Of a stretch of 64,000 nt of DNA, positions 1 to 10,002 are shown piece after piece; positions within the stretch are counted from its first letter, which is position 1, and every line of letters begins with the position of its first letter. The notes below the pieces were generated by a model. It saw nothing but the letters and a program-made list of their open reading frames with translations, was not told the DNA's origin and searched no databases. The stretch is taken from NCBI GenBank assembly GCA_964590225.1, contig CAZPWS010000013.1:2110-66109 (forward strand), read 5' to 3'. The position numbers and the translations under genes are program-made. This DNA is from an uncultured Fibrobacterota bacterium (GTDB lineage Bacteria; Fibrobacterota; OXYB2-FULL-49-7; JAEUSG01).

Positions 1-363
1 AGAGCCTTCCCTTTTGTAAGATGTTTTTTCACAGTTGGCCATACCTTCATCTGAGCCGCATCGGAAACGAGCAACTGGATTATTGTTCCTTTTTGGAGAG
101 CTTCATCAAGATCGAAAAGAGTTTTGCCTGGCTTCCATCCATCAGCAACGGCTCTGTCCCAATCTCTCTTGAATGCCTTGGACTGGCCTACTATTACATT
201 AATACCATTATCTTTCATATTGAGTGCCTGGGCGGGTCCCTGGACGCCGTAACCAATAACTGCTACAACTTCATTTTTTAGTACCTTTCTTGCTTTTTCA
301 AGAGAAAATTCCTTGCGAGTTACAACCTTTTCACGAACGCCGCCGAAATCGATGATAGCCATT
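1..363 (-). CDS. ilvC: ketol-acid reductoisomerase, N-terminal 121 codons (gene runs off the window start)
   Basis: Reverse translation from the ATG at 363-361 gives MAIIDFGGVREKVVTRKEF...VAVIGYGVQGPAQALNMKDNGINVIVG, a KARI-type Rossmann N-terminus. It lies directly downstream of ilvD-ilvB-ilvN. Confidence 0.85.
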
Positions 364-391
364 TTTAGACTCCTTCTGGTTTTATTTTATT

Positions 392-892
392 CTACTTTTC
401 GCTTTCATTTTCTGTAATTGCCACTTTACCGGATCTGACAAGTTCCTGAATACCAAAAGGTTTAACAAGCTCTATAAAGCGATCAACCTTTTTTCCTGGT
501 CCAGACATATCAACCGTAATATGGTCCTCAGTAACATCTACCGTTTTCGCCCTGAACACATTGATCAATTCAAGAAGTTCAGATCTATCTTTCGGCGAAG
601 TTATTCTCATGAGTGCAAATTCCCTGACAATATAATGGTTTTTGTGCGATATATCTGCCACCTTGAGGGTGTCTATCAGCTTATTTAGCTGCTTAACTAT
701 CTGTTCAACCTCCCTCTCAGTGGCAAAAAGCCCAATATGAATCTTATACACATCCTTGGTCTCGGTTGGGGCCGCTATTATACTCTCAATATTGTATCCT
801 CGTGCCGAAAAAAGGCCGGTAACGCGGGCAACAACCCCCACCCTGTTAAGTACGGAAACTATTATGGTGTGATATTCTTTTGTCTCAGCCAT
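392..892 (-). CDS. ilvN: acetolactate synthase small (regulatory, ACT-domain) subunit
   Basis: 166-aa ORF with HTIIVSVLNRVGVVARVTGLFSARGYNIESI, an ACT-domain signature. The start overlaps the ilvB stop by 8 nt. Confidence 0.9.
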   Translation of the reverse strand: MAETKEYHTIIVSVLNRVGVVARVTGLFSARGYNIESIIAAPTETKDVYKIHIGLFATEREVEQIVKQLNKLIDTLKVADISHKNHYIVREFALMRITSPKDRSELLELINVFRAKTVDVTEDHITVDMSGPGKKVDRFIELVKPFGIQELVRSGKVAITENESEK

Positions 893-2627
893 TACTTTGT
901 TCCCCTGTTAATATGTCGTCTATTGATTTGCCGGCTGGAACCATCGGATAAACATTCTCTGTCTTTTTTATCATAAATTCCATTAAAACAGGCCCTTTCC
1001 TTGCAAAACCTTTTTTAAGCATATCATCAACTTCGGCTGCCTTGTCGGTGCGCATAGCATAAACTCCACAAGCTTCGGCAAGTTTTACAAAATCGGGAAG
1101 ATATAATTTGCGGCAATGTTTTCCTGGTCCATGACATTCCCGAGGACAATTCTTATCCTGCTTCAGACATGTTTTGGAGTAATTCTTGTTCCAGAAAAAC
1201 TCCTGCCACTGCCTGACCATGCCCAAATATTCATTATTCAACAGGATGATTTTTACACCTATGTCATTAAGAGCACATGTTGTTAATTCCTGCATATTCA
1301 TTTGTAAACTTCCATCGCCGGCAATAACCATTACAAGTTTATCCGGATTAGCAACAGCAGCACCCATTGCAGCAGGAAAACCAAAACCCATCGTCCCCAG
1401 TCCACCCGAACTTATAAAAGATCTTGGCCGCCTATGCCTATAATACAGAGCAGTGAACATTTGATGCTGCCCAACCTCAGTGGTTACAATGGCATCATCT
1501 GGCGCAAAACTACTAGCTTGCTCTATTACAAACTGCGGATGAATTTCACTATCCATCTCCTGTTTAAAGCGTAGCGGATACTCCTCTCTCCATCCATCAA
1601 TCTTGGCATTCCAGTCGTTCCGCTCCCGTTTTTCCATAGCATTAAACAGTTCGGATAGAACAAGTTTGGCGTCACCCACAATTGGTATGTGAACAGACAT
1701 ATTTTTTCCAATCTCTGCCGGATCGATGTCTATGTGGGCAATTTTTGCGTGCTTCGCAAATGTTTGCAAGTTTCCAGTAACCCTATCGTCAAAACGAACA
1801 CCGACAGCTATTAGAAGGTCAGAATGCATTATGGAATAGTTTGCTGCCACTGTTCCATGCATTCCTGGCATACCAAGATTAAGGTGGTGGTCTGAAGGTA
1901 CTACACCAAGCCCCATGAGCGTTATAACTGTCGGAATATTCCCCTTTTCAATTACCCGTTGTAATTCAACGGAGGCGTTTGAGCTAACTATCCCACCGCC
2001 TACATACAAAAGAGGTCTTTTCGCATGCGCAATGGCTTCTGCTAACTTTTCTATCTGTCGCGGATTTCCCTTGATAGTAGGTTTGTATCCTGGCAGGTCA
2101 ACAGAATCAGGATAGACAAAAGTGTTCAGTGTAGCATTTGATATATCAACGGGGATATCGATTGATACGGGACCAGGCCTCCCCGTTCGGGCAATATGAA
2201 AAGCCTCCTTCACAACTCGCGGAACATCCCTGACATCACGAATCAAATAGTTATGCTTACATATTGACCGCGTTATGCCAAGAACATCAGCCTCCTGAAA
2301 GGCATCTGTGCCAATTGTCGCACTTCTTACTTGCCCACTTATTACCACAAGCGGCACAGAATCAAGCTTGGCATCCGCTATACCAGTTATCGTATTTGTA
2401 GCTCCAGGGCCGCTTGTCACGAGAGCAACTCCTACTTTACCGCTTGAACGGGCATACCCTTCCGCAGCATGAACCGCTCCCTGTTCATGTCTGGTAAGTA
2501 TAAGTTCTATCCCTTTGGTTTTGTAAAGAACATCGAATATTGGGATTACAACCCCACCCGGATAACCAAAAAGGACATCAACCCCTTCCTTTTTCAATGA
2601 TTCTATTAAAGCTTCTCCACCAGTCAT
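885..2627 (-). CDS. ilvB: acetolactate synthase large subunit (ThDP-dependent)
   Basis: MTGGEALIESLKKEGVDVLFGYPGG N-terminus and a GDGSLQMNMQEL ThDP-binding motif. I chose the internal ATG at 2627 because the track ORF (to 2705) would overlap ilvD by 70 nt. Confidence 0.9.
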   Translation of the reverse strand: MTGGEALIESLKKEGVDVLFGYPGGVVIPIFDVLYKTKGIELILTRHEQGAVHAAEGYARSSGKVGVALVTSGPGATNTITGIADAKLDSVPLVVISGQVRSATIGTDAFQEADVLGITRSICKHNYLIRDVRDVPRVVKEAFHIARTGRPGPVSIDIPVDISNATLNTFVYPDSVDLPGYKPTIKGNPRQIEKLAEAIAHAKRPLLYVGGGIVSSNASVELQRVIEKGNIPTVITLMGLGVVPSDHHLNLGMPGMHGTVAANYSIMHSDLLIAVGVRFDDRVTGNLQTFAKHAKIAHIDIDPAEIGKNMSVHIPIVGDAKLVLSELFNAMEKRERNDWNAKIDGWREEYPLRFKQEMDSEIHPQFVIEQASSFAPDDAIVTTEVGQHQMFTALYYRHRRPRSFISSGGLGTMGFGFPAAMGAAVANPDKLVMVIAGDGSLQMNMQELTTCALNDIGVKIILLNNEYLGMVRQWQEFFWNKNYSKTCLKQDKNCPRECHGPGKHCRKLYLPDFVKLAEACGVYAMRTDKAAEVDDMLKKGFARKGPVLMEFMIKKTENVYPMVPAGKSIDDILTGEQSNG

Positions 2628-2634
2628 AATGGTT

Positions 2635-4314
2635 CTACTCCTTGTTGTTCCACTTGCATACTGCCCCTTCATCGGCTGATGAAGCAAGCAAGGCATATTT
2701 TCCAAGAGCTCCTGTTGATACTCGTGCTTTCCGTGGCTTCCACCTCTTCGCTCTATTCTTCAATTCAGCATCTGTAATTACAATGTCGATTTTTCCGTTT
2801 GGAATATCAATTTTTATAATATCACCATTCTTTATGAGCGCTATCGGACCTCCTTCTGCAGCTTCTGGACTGATATGTCCTATACATGCCCCCCTTGTTC
2901 CGCCCGAAAAGCGGCCATCTGTAATAAGCGCAACACTCTCACCCAAACCACGCCCCATAATATATGAAGTGGGAGAGAGCATCTCCTGCATCCCTGGACC
3001 ACCTTTAGGTCCTTCATATCTTATAACAACAACGACACCTGCCTTAACTTTGCCCGAAAGAATTCCTGCGCATGCCTCTTCCTGACTTTCAAAAATAACT
3101 GCCGGACCTTCGAATTTTAGCATGTTAGGCGAGACACCTGCCCATTTCACAACGCCGCCTTTAGGTGCAATGTTCCCTTTTAGTATAGCTAGTCCGCCTA
3201 CGGAACTATACGCTTCCTTTGTTGGGTGAATTACCTTTTTATCTTTTATTCGAGCATGCTTAATATTTTCTCCGATGGTTTTCCCTGTAACTGTAATGCA
3301 TTTTTCGCTTAGCAGCCCCTTTATAGTTGATATTTCCCTTAGAATAGCAGAGATGCCTCCCGCCCGTCCTACATCTTCCATGTGATAAACACTCGATGGA
3401 GAGACTTTACATATATTGGGTGTCCGCTTGGCAAGAGCATTTATTCTGTTTATGTCATATTTAACGCCGGCCTCGTAAGCAAGCGCAAGTGTATGCAGAA
3501 CCGTGTTGGTGGAACCCCCCATAGCCATGTCAAGAATCATTGCGTTATCGAGAGACTCCTGTGTTACTATATCGCGGGGTCTTAATCCCGACCTAACCAT
3601 GCTAATTATTCGCTCGGCTGCTTTTTTATAAAGTGTGTCGCGTGTTTTATCGCTGGCGAGTACAGTGCCATTACCCGGCAGGGCAAGGCCAATGGCCTCA
3701 CAAAGACAATTCATTGAATTAGCCGTAAACATACCAGAGCAGCTTCCACAACCGGGACAGCTATGCTCTTCAATGGATTTAAGTTCGGCTTCGGTTATTT
3801 TTTTCTCTTTAAGCGCACCAACTCCCTCAAATACAGTTATAAGATCAGCAGCACTGCCATTAGGTAGTTTACCAGCCTTCATTGGGCCACCAGAAACAAA
3901 TATTGTCGGGATATTAACCCTAACTGAGGCCATAAGCATTCCTGGTGTAACCTTATCACAGTTAGGTATGCATATCAACCCATCAAAAGAGTGAGCCCGC
4001 AACATGGTTTCAACAGCGTCAGCAATATTTTCTCTGCTCTGGAGAGAGTAGCGCATTCCGGCATGTCCCATAGCTATGCCATCGCACACAGCTATAGTGT
4101 TAAATACAAATGGTACACCGCCAGCTTTTATAACAGCCCTTTTAACAATTTCACCGACTCTGTTAAGATGAATGTGACCAGGTACAATATCGGTGTAGGA
4201 ATTAGCTATTGCTATGAATGGCTTTTTGAAATCTGCTGATTTTATTCCGCAGGCCCTCAATAGCGACCTGTGGGGCGCTCTTTCGGCTCCCTTTTTTACA
4301 TTATCACTCAGCAT
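2635..4314 (-). CDS. ilvD: dihydroxy-acid dehydratase
   Basis: 559 aa with [16 protein letters not shown] and [27 protein letters not shown] motifs typical of IlvD. GGAGGG Shine-Dalgarno upstream. Confidence 0.95.
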   Translation of the reverse strand: MLSDNVKKGAERAPHRSLLRACGIKSADFKKPFIAIANSYTDIVPGHIHLNRVGEIVKRAVIKAGGVPFVFNTIAVCDGIAMGHAGMRYSLQSRENIADAVETMLRAHSFDGLICIPNCDKVTPGMLMASVRVNIPTIFVSGGPMKAGKLPNGSAADLITVFEGVGALKEKKITEAELKSIEEHSCPGCGSCSGMFTANSMNCLCEAIGLALPGNGTVLASDKTRDTLYKKAAERIISMVRSGLRPRDIVTQESLDNAMILDMAMGGSTNTVLHTLALAYEAGVKYDINRINALAKRTPNICKVSPSSVYHMEDVGRAGGISAILREISTIKGLLSEKCITVTGKTIGENIKHARIKDKKVIHPTKEAYSSVGGLAILKGNIAPKGGVVKWAGVSPNMLKFEGPAVIFESQEEACAGILSGKVKAGVVVVIRYEGPKGGPGMQEMLSPTSYIMGRGLGESVALITDGRFSGGTRGACIGHISPEAAEGGPIALIKNGDIIKIDIPNGKIDIVITDAELKNRAKRWKPRKARVSTGALGKYALLASSADEGAVCKWNNKE

Positions 4315-4343
4315 TTAATCTTCCCTCCATTTATAAATCAACC

Positions 4344-4378
4344 AAAACAAAAAACCCCTTCCTTTTAAGGGGAAGGGG
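4344..4378 (-). terminator. intrinsic-terminator-like hairpin plus U-run in the ilvD 5' leader (candidate attenuator)
   Basis: Minus strand reads CCCCTTCC-CCTTAAAA-GGAAGGGG followed by TTTTTTGTTTT. It ends about 30 nt before the ilvD SD/ATG. The neighbouring gene is divergent, so this hairpin cannot terminate an upstream gene. Confidence 0.55.
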
Positions 4379-4415
4379 CTCCGTTTACACTTTTTTACCT
4401 CTTTGAAGTAAAGAA

Positions 4416-4487
4416 TTACCCCTCCGCCTTAAGATGCGAAATGTGAAATAATTCAATAATTAGCGATAATTGCACGAGGTACTCCAT
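4416..4487 (-). promoter_or_regulatory. candidate 23-codon leader peptide MEYLVQLSLIIELFHISHLKAEG upstream of the ilv terminator hairpin
   Basis: ATG at 4487-4485, TAA at 4418-4416. 9 of 23 residues are Leu/Ile/Val, including LSLII. The last codons (GGCGGAGGGG) can pair with the C-rich 5' arm of the terminator. The SD is weak (AAGG only 1-2 nt from the ATG). Confidence 0.3.
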
Positions 4488-4557
4488 ACCTTTTTTAAGA
4501 TAGTGAATATCCTAATGCGATTGCAAGAAGTTTTTATTGTTGAATACCTTGGGGAGC

Positions 4558-4571
4558 GGTATTGCAATACC
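4558..4571. promoter_or_regulatory. perfect 14-bp palindrome GGTATTGCAATACC in the divergent ilv/ABC promoter region (possible operator)
   Basis: Read directly from the sequence. An extra AATACC half-site lies at 4543-4548. The function is unknown. Confidence 0.3.
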
Positions 4572-4656
4572 CCCCCAACGGAAGCTATCTTGAGTGTGTT
4601 TACCTCATTCGGATCCAACTGATATTGGAAAATATAATCCGTGAAAGGATAAAAAG

Positions 4657-5766
4657 ATGGCGACTCTTTCATTTCGCAATGTTTACAAGGAATTCAAAGG
4701 CGGCGTACAAGCCGTTAAGGATTTCAATCTTGAAATTAAAGATAAGGAGTTTATTGTGCTTGTTGGGCCGTCAGGTTGCGGCAAAACAACAACTCTTAGG
4801 ATGATTGCCGGTCTCGAATCCGTATCAAAGGGTGAAATTTGGATAGACAACACCGTAATAAACGATGTTCCTCCAAAAGACAGGGATATCGCAATGGTTT
4901 TTCAGAACTATGCGCTGTATCCTCACATGGATGTTTACAACAACATGGCTTTTGGCCTTAAATTACGAAAGTATCCTAAGGAAGAAATTGACAGAAGAGT
5001 TAAAGAAGCTTCAGATATCCTCAATATCAGACAATACCTTGCGCGACGCCCAAAGGAGCTTTCCGGCGGTCAGATGCAGAGAGTTGCGGTTGGAAGGGCA
5101 ATTGTTCGCCATGCAAAGGTGTACCTATTTGACGAGCCACTTTCCAATCTTGACGCTAAACTTCGGGTAGAAATGCGTGCAGAGCTCAACAGGTTGCACA
5201 ACAGGCTTCAGGCAACAATGGTTTATGTAACTCACGATCAGGTTGAAGCCATGACCCTTGGAGATAGAATCGTAATCATGAAAGACGGTTTAATTCAACA
5301 GTGTGCTTCTCCGCTTGTTCTTTACGATTATCCCGTAAACAAATTCGTAGGTAGTTTTATAGGCTCTCCGCCTATGAATTTTATTCTTGGCAATCTTGAG
5401 GGAAGCGAAGAAGCTATGAATTTTTCTTTTGGTAATTTCAAAATTCCGCTTCCAGAGCGCATCAGAAAAAAGGTTCGTCATCTTGTTAATCAGGAAGTGT
5501 TCTTTGGTGTTCGTCCGGAACATGTTTCCGATGCCAAATACTCAAAACAGGGCATATCAGATTCACCAGCCTATGGAACAGTAGAAGTTATTGAAAGACT
5601 CGGCAACGAAATATTGATATACTTCTCGGTTGCCGGACAAAAAATTACTATCAAAGAGGATGCCCACTGTAAGGCAGAAATCGGCGAAAAGATCAACCTC
5701 AGTTTTAACATGGACGCAATTCACATCTTTGACAAAAAAACAGAGGCTAACCAGACGCTTGATTGA
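4657..5766 (+). CDS. ABC transporter ATP-binding protein, MalK/UgpC/MsmX (CUT1 sugar importer) type
   Basis: Walker A GPSGCGKTT, signature LSGGQMQRVA, Walker B LFDEPLSNLD, and a MalK-like C-terminal regulatory domain. No permease or binding-protein gene is adjacent. Confidence 0.9.
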   Translation: MATLSFRNVYKEFKGGVQAVKDFNLEIKDKEFIVLVGPSGCGKTTTLRMIAGLESVSKGEIWIDNTVINDVPPKDRDIAMVFQNYALYPHMDVYNNMAFGLKLRKYPKEEIDRRVKEASDILNIRQYLARRPKELSGGQMQRVAVGRAIVRHAKVYLFDEPLSNLDAKLRVEMRAELNRLHNRLQATMVYVTHDQVEAMTLGDRIVIMKDGLIQQCASPLVLYDYPVNKFVGSFIGSPPMNFILGNLEGSEEAMNFSFGNFKIPLPERIRKKVRHLVNQEVFFGVRPEHVSDAKYSKQGISDSPAYGTVEVIERLGNEILIYFSVAGQKITIKEDAHCKAEIGEKINLSFNMDAIHIFDKKTEANQTLD

Positions 5767-6725
5767 TGGCTGGCTATCTGTCAAGAGCATTAAAGATCGT
5801 TGTCTCCATTTCCTTATTGGGGTGGCTTCTTCATAAAGCAGACTTGCGGTCGATGTTTCAGGCTCTTGCTACGGCGGACAGCTTACCTTGCATCGGAGTT
5901 CTATTCAGTATTCTTCTTATAAACCTGTTTCAGGTCATCCGCTGGAGGGCGCTTCTCAAAACTGAAGGCATAGGTTTCAAAAAGCTTTTACAATTCCATT
6001 TTGTCAGCATATTCTTTCAGAGCTTTCTGCCGTCATCCGTAAGCGTTGATGTTATAAAAGGTTTTCTTTTGTCAAAAGAGATAAACAAAGGCTACGCTTA
6101 TGCTTCGGTTTCGTTTGCAAGGCTTTCAGGGATGATTGTTTTGCTTTTTTTCATGATAGCCGTATTGCTTATTAAACCTTCATTGATTGTCGAGCAATTG
6201 TATGCAAACGAGGTTTACGCAGTACTTATAGCTATAGTCATTGCTACTGTCATCATGTTCAGTAAAAAGACTTCCCGTTTTATTTTTGGCAGATTTCCAA
6301 GACTTTCTTCGAGCAGGATCTTCCTTAAAGCAAAAGCGTTCCGCGAGTTAATATATGCGTACAGAAAGAGGCCGGTACTTTTTGCGCAAACTCTTCTTTA
6401 TGCGGCGATAATCCACTTTTTTACGATGTTAGCAGGATATTTTTCCTATAAGGCTGTGGGAGCAAATATACCGTTGCCTGTTTTTTTTATAGTTAGTCCA
6501 ATTGTTTATGCTGTATTATTGCTTCCTATCTCTATTAATGGCATTGGTGCTCGTGAGGGAGTTATGCTCCTTCTGCTTTCTCGCTGGGGTGCCAATTATG
6601 AGTTAGTTCTTGCAGCAGCGCTAATCACTTATGTGATCATATATTCTCTAAGCCTGACAGGGGGCATTGTTTACCTTATGAGCGGACTCAAGGGGGTTTT
6701 AAGACAAAATGAAAAAGAACAATAG
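5766..6725 (+). CDS. UPF0104 / lysyl-PG-synthase-TM-like 'flippase-like' membrane protein
   Basis: Polytopic, about 8 TM segments, with an N-terminal LLGWLLHKADL pattern typical of the family. ATG at 5766 overlaps the ABC stop (TGATG). Confidence 0.65.
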   Translation: MAGYLSRALKIVVSISLLGWLLHKADLRSMFQALATADSLPCIGVLFSILLINLFQVIRWRALLKTEGIGFKKLLQFHFVSIFFQSFLPSSVSVDVIKGFLLSKEINKGYAYASVSFARLSGMIVLLFFMIAVLLIKPSLIVEQLYANEVYAVLIAIVIATVIMFSKKTSRFIFGRFPRLSSSRIFLKAKAFRELIYAYRKRPVLFAQTLLYAAIIHFFTMLAGYFSYKAVGANIPLPVFFIVSPIVYAVLLLPISINGIGAREGVMLLLLSRWGANYELVLAAALITYVIIYSLSLTGGIVYLMSGLKGVLRQNEKEQ

Positions 6726-9111
6726 TAAAGCTATTGCTGAATGCACTCCGGATAAAAAAATGGAGCTAACTGAAAAGACAGCTTTATTGATAATCGTGTC
6801 GATTGCCCTACTGTTTTTCTTACCATTTTTATTATCGAACAAGATGATTTACGGATCAGATGCACTTGGTGGAATATATGCGCGCTATTTTTATGCGGAC
6901 TTTTTTGGGAAATATCATTCCTTCCCTCGTGTTTTATCTGTTACGCTTTCTGGTATGCCAACGCTTGAAGCGTTTATGGGCGACTTCTTTTATCCCTTGA
7001 TTGTTTTCCAATTTATTTTTGATGTTCCCCGCTCGCTTGGATACAAATTTCTTATAACTGTAATCTGCGCTGGTGTATTTGCGTGGCTATTTTTTTACCG
7101 TGCATTAAAACTAAGGAAGGACATCTCCCTTTTAGGGGCTATCGCATTCGCCTTTAATACACAATTTATATCGCATTTTTTTCCCGGTCACGACGGTAAA
7201 ATGTTTGTAATCAGCTGGCTTCCATTATCGCTGTTTGCGGTTAAAAGGTTATGCGACACCAGGCGTCCCCCTTATGTTATTATTCTCGCTTTTTCTATCG
7301 GCATGTGTCTTTTGTCGTCACATGTGCAAACAACCTATTTTTCTCTATGGGGAATAGGTCTTTATTTTTTATACGAAACAATCTCCTTATATCGCCTGAA
7401 TAGATTAAAAAAGCTTTTTACAATTAAAGTGGCGTTATTTACTTTTGCAGTCACTTTGGGGCTTGGTATAGGTATGGTACAGCTTCTGCCCCCATATAAA
7501 TTTACAAAGCAATATTCTGTCCGCAGCACAGGCGAAAAAACCACCTACGAACACGCGACCTCATGGTCAATTCACTGGGAGGAAGTGGCATCATTCATAG
7601 TTCCGGAATTTTGTGGTTTTGCCGACAAGGATGGCGAACAGAAAACTGAGTATTGGGGACGAAATCCATTTAAACTGAACAGCGAATATGCAGGTATCGT
7701 TATTCTTGTTTTTGCTCTTTTTGGCATTGTCGCATACAGAAAAGATCCCTTAATCCGTTTCTGGGCATTTATGGGAGGAGGGGCATTAATATTTTCTCTT
7801 GGAGCCAATACACCATTTTTTCATCTTTTTTACAACTTGGTGCCGGGTGTAAAGCTTTTTCGTGCACCAAGCATGATACTGTTCTGGTTTTCAATGGCCG
7901 CTGTTGTAATAACAGTTTATACAATTAACAAACTTCTCTATGGAGATAAAATAACTGCACAACAAAAAGAGCTATGGGCGCGAAGAATAATGTGGTCGCT
8001 CGCTGTCTGTGGAGCACTTACCATTGTTGTGACTATTTCCGAATCAACGGTATTTACTTTTTGGCGTTCTGTGTTTTATTCTGATATCGACAACCAAAAA
8101 GTGGCAGCCTTTGGCAAAAACTATGGTGCGTTTATAAAAGGGGCGTGGTTTGCACTTCTTTTTGGCGGAAGCGCCCTTTTATTGCTTTACGCCTATTTAA
8201 AGGATATGGTGAGTAGCAAGATTTTTATTGCGGTTCTTATTGTAGTATGTGCAGCGGATCTATTCAGGGTTAACAGTTATTTTTTTAAGCTTATAAATCC
8301 TTCTGATTATATCTCGCGTAACGAACCCGCCCTTATTGAGCTGAATAGAAAAACAAGAAACGACTATTTTAGAGTGTTGCCTGTTCCTGGTCACCTTGGC
8401 AATGGCGATCCGCAGTTGTACGGTCTCGATAATGTGCTTGGTTTTCACGACAACGAGTTGAGCTGGTACAGGGAATTTACAGGAGGACAGCAACGCAACA
8501 ATCTTTTTTACAGACTTCAAACAGGCCGTGTTGATAGCAATCCCTTTTTAGATATGTTAAATGTAAAGTATATCCTTTATCGTGCTTCCAACAACGGCCC
8601 TATACAAATTGCCTACAATCCAACGGCTATGCCGAGGGCATTTACTGTTCCGTTTTTTATTGTAATGAATCCTGATGCCATACCAGAGAAAATGAAAGAG
8701 GAAGGCTTTCCTTATAGAAACACTGTGATCCTTGAGAAACAGCCAAGCGGCATAACTATGGATCAAACGGATACAACAGCCCCAGGTTCTGTTTCATATA
8801 AAATTGAACAGGAAAACCGTATAATAGATGCAAACATGCAACGAGGTGGATTTGTTGTGATTTCGGATATTTATATGCCTTACTGGCAAGCAACAATAGA
8901 CGGAAAACTAACAGAGATTCACCAGGCAAACAGGGCACTTATGGCGGTTTATGTTCCGGCCGGTGAACACCAAATTGTAATAAGCTATCATTCACCAAAT
9001 ATACGAATGGGTATGGTAATAACTTTTGTAGCAATGCTCGTTTGTATATTAGTTTTAGTTGCGGATAGGATTGTTTTGAAAAAACGCAACATAAGAACGG
9101 AAGACAGCTGA
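6709..9111 (+). CDS. YfhO-family polytopic membrane protein (GT-C-like extracytoplasmic glycosyltransferase family)
   Basis: 800 aa, many TM segments, with a C-terminal YMPYWQATIDGKLTEIHQANRALMAVYVPAGEHQIVISY block typical of YfhO. The start overlaps the upstream gene by 17 nt. Confidence 0.7.
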   Translation: MKKNNSKAIAECTPDKKMELTEKTALLIIVSIALLFFLPFLLSNKMIYGSDALGGIYARYFYADFFGKYHSFPRVLSVTLSGMPTLEAFMGDFFYPLIVFQFIFDVPRSLGYKFLITVICAGVFAWLFFYRALKLRKDISLLGAIAFAFNTQFISHFFPGHDGKMFVISWLPLSLFAVKRLCDTRRPPYVIILAFSIGMCLLSSHVQTTYFSLWGIGLYFLYETISLYRLNRLKKLFTIKVALFTFAVTLGLGIGMVQLLPPYKFTKQYSVRSTGEKTTYEHATSWSIHWEEVASFIVPEFCGFADKDGEQKTEYWGRNPFKLNSEYAGIVILVFALFGIVAYRKDPLIRFWAFMGGGALIFSLGANTPFFHLFYNLVPGVKLFRAPSMILFWFSMAAVVITVYTINKLLYGDKITAQQKELWARRIMWSLAVCGALTIVVTISESTVFTFWRSVFYSDIDNQKVAAFGKNYGAFIKGAWFALLFGGSALLLLYAYLKDMVSSKIFIAVLIVVCAADLFRVNSYFFKLINPSDYISRNEPALIELNRKTRNDYFRVLPVPGHLGNGDPQLYGLDNVLGFHDNELSWYREFTGGQQRNNLFYRLQTGRVDSNPFLDMLNVKYILYRASNNGPIQIAYNPTAMPRAFTVPFFIVMNPDAIPEKMKEEGFPYRNTVILEKQPSGITMDQTDTTAPGSVSYKIEQENRIIDANMQRGGFVVISDIYMPYWQATIDGKLTEIHQANRALMAVYVPAGEHQIVISYHSPNIRMGMVITFVAMLVCILVLVADRIVLKKRNIRTEDS

Positions 9112-9114
9112 AAA

Positions 9115-10002
9115 ATGGGAAAAAAGATCTGTATAACGGGCGTTTCCGGACTTCTTGGGCAAAACCTCGTAAAAGTATTTTCGCAGAACGGCTACTATAC
9201 AATTGGTATGGACTTGAATCATCCAGGCGAAGCCTGCGTTGGCCTAAGCGAGTTCCGTGAAATTGACATTACGAACAAGGAAGCGCTTGTTGAACTATTT
9301 GCTGGAACAATGCCCGATTTTGTAATAAATACTGCGGCAATCACTAATGTTGACTTGTGCGAAAAAGAACAGGGACTGGCAGAGAGGGTTAACTTCAGAG
9401 CCGTTGAGCTCCTTGCTTCAGTTGTTCCCCGTTGTTGTAAGATTATTCAGCTCTCAACAGACTATGTGTTTGATGGAAAGAACGGACCATATGGCGATAA
9501 CGACAAAGAGAATCCTATAAGCTGGTACGGTAAAACTAAGAGAATGGCTGAAGTTGCGCTATTGACGGCAAATAAAAATCACCTTGTGGTCAGGACAATG
9601 GTACTTGTTGGTAAGGCAAAAGGGTTGAAGCCCGATTTTATCCATTTTGTTTGCGAATCCCTTTCAGCCGGAAAACGAATACGGGTAGTGACTGATCAGG
9701 TTGGTAATATTACACTTGCTTCCAATCTTGCGCAAAACATAAAAGTTGCGATTGAAGAAGGTTGTTCAGGTGTTATTTCGCTCGCAGGGGGGGAGCGTAT
9801 TAGCCGTTTTGACTTTGCGCAACGGCTCGCGGCAAGATACGGACTTGATAACTGCTTGATTGATCCCATCACGACCGCCGAACTAAAGCAACCCGCAATG
9901 CGTCCCCTTTCCTCAGGCTTTACGCACGAAAAAGCAATGAACATTAAGGGCATAAAACTTCTTTCTATTGAAGAGATGCTGGAGAAATACGACAATGAAT
10001 GA
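9115..10002 (+). CDS. RmlD-like NAD(P)-dependent sugar reductase (dTDP-4-dehydrorhamnose reductase family)
   Basis: GVSGLLG Rossmann motif, STDYVFDG and YGKTK (YxxxK) motifs. No rmlA, rmlB or rmlC in the window. Confidence 0.7.
   Translation: MGKKICITGVSGLLGQNLVKVFSQNGYYTIGMDLNHPGEACVGLSEFREIDITNKEALVELFAGTMPDFVINTAAITNVDLCEKEQGLAERVNFRAVELLASVVPRCCKIIQLSTDYVFDGKNGPYGDNDKENPISWYGKTKRMAEVALLTANKNHLVVRTMVLVGKAKGLKPDFIHFVCESLSAGKRIRVVTDQVGNITLASNLAQNIKVAIEEGCSGVISLAGGERISRFDFAQRLAARYGLDNCLIDPITTAELKQPAMRPLSSGFTHEKAMNIKGIKLLSIEEMLEKYDNE

Noticed and set aside
2642-4239. Plus-strand ORFs (147, 119, 82 aa) inside ilvD, and the 86-aa ORF at 21-281 inside ilvC
   Set aside because: Antisense to strongly supported ilv genes, with no independent evidence.
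4460-4672. 70-aa minus-strand ORF spanning the divergent intergenic region
   Set aside because: It overlaps the start of the ABC ATPase gene and has no SD or motif. The region is better explained as promoters plus the ilv leader.
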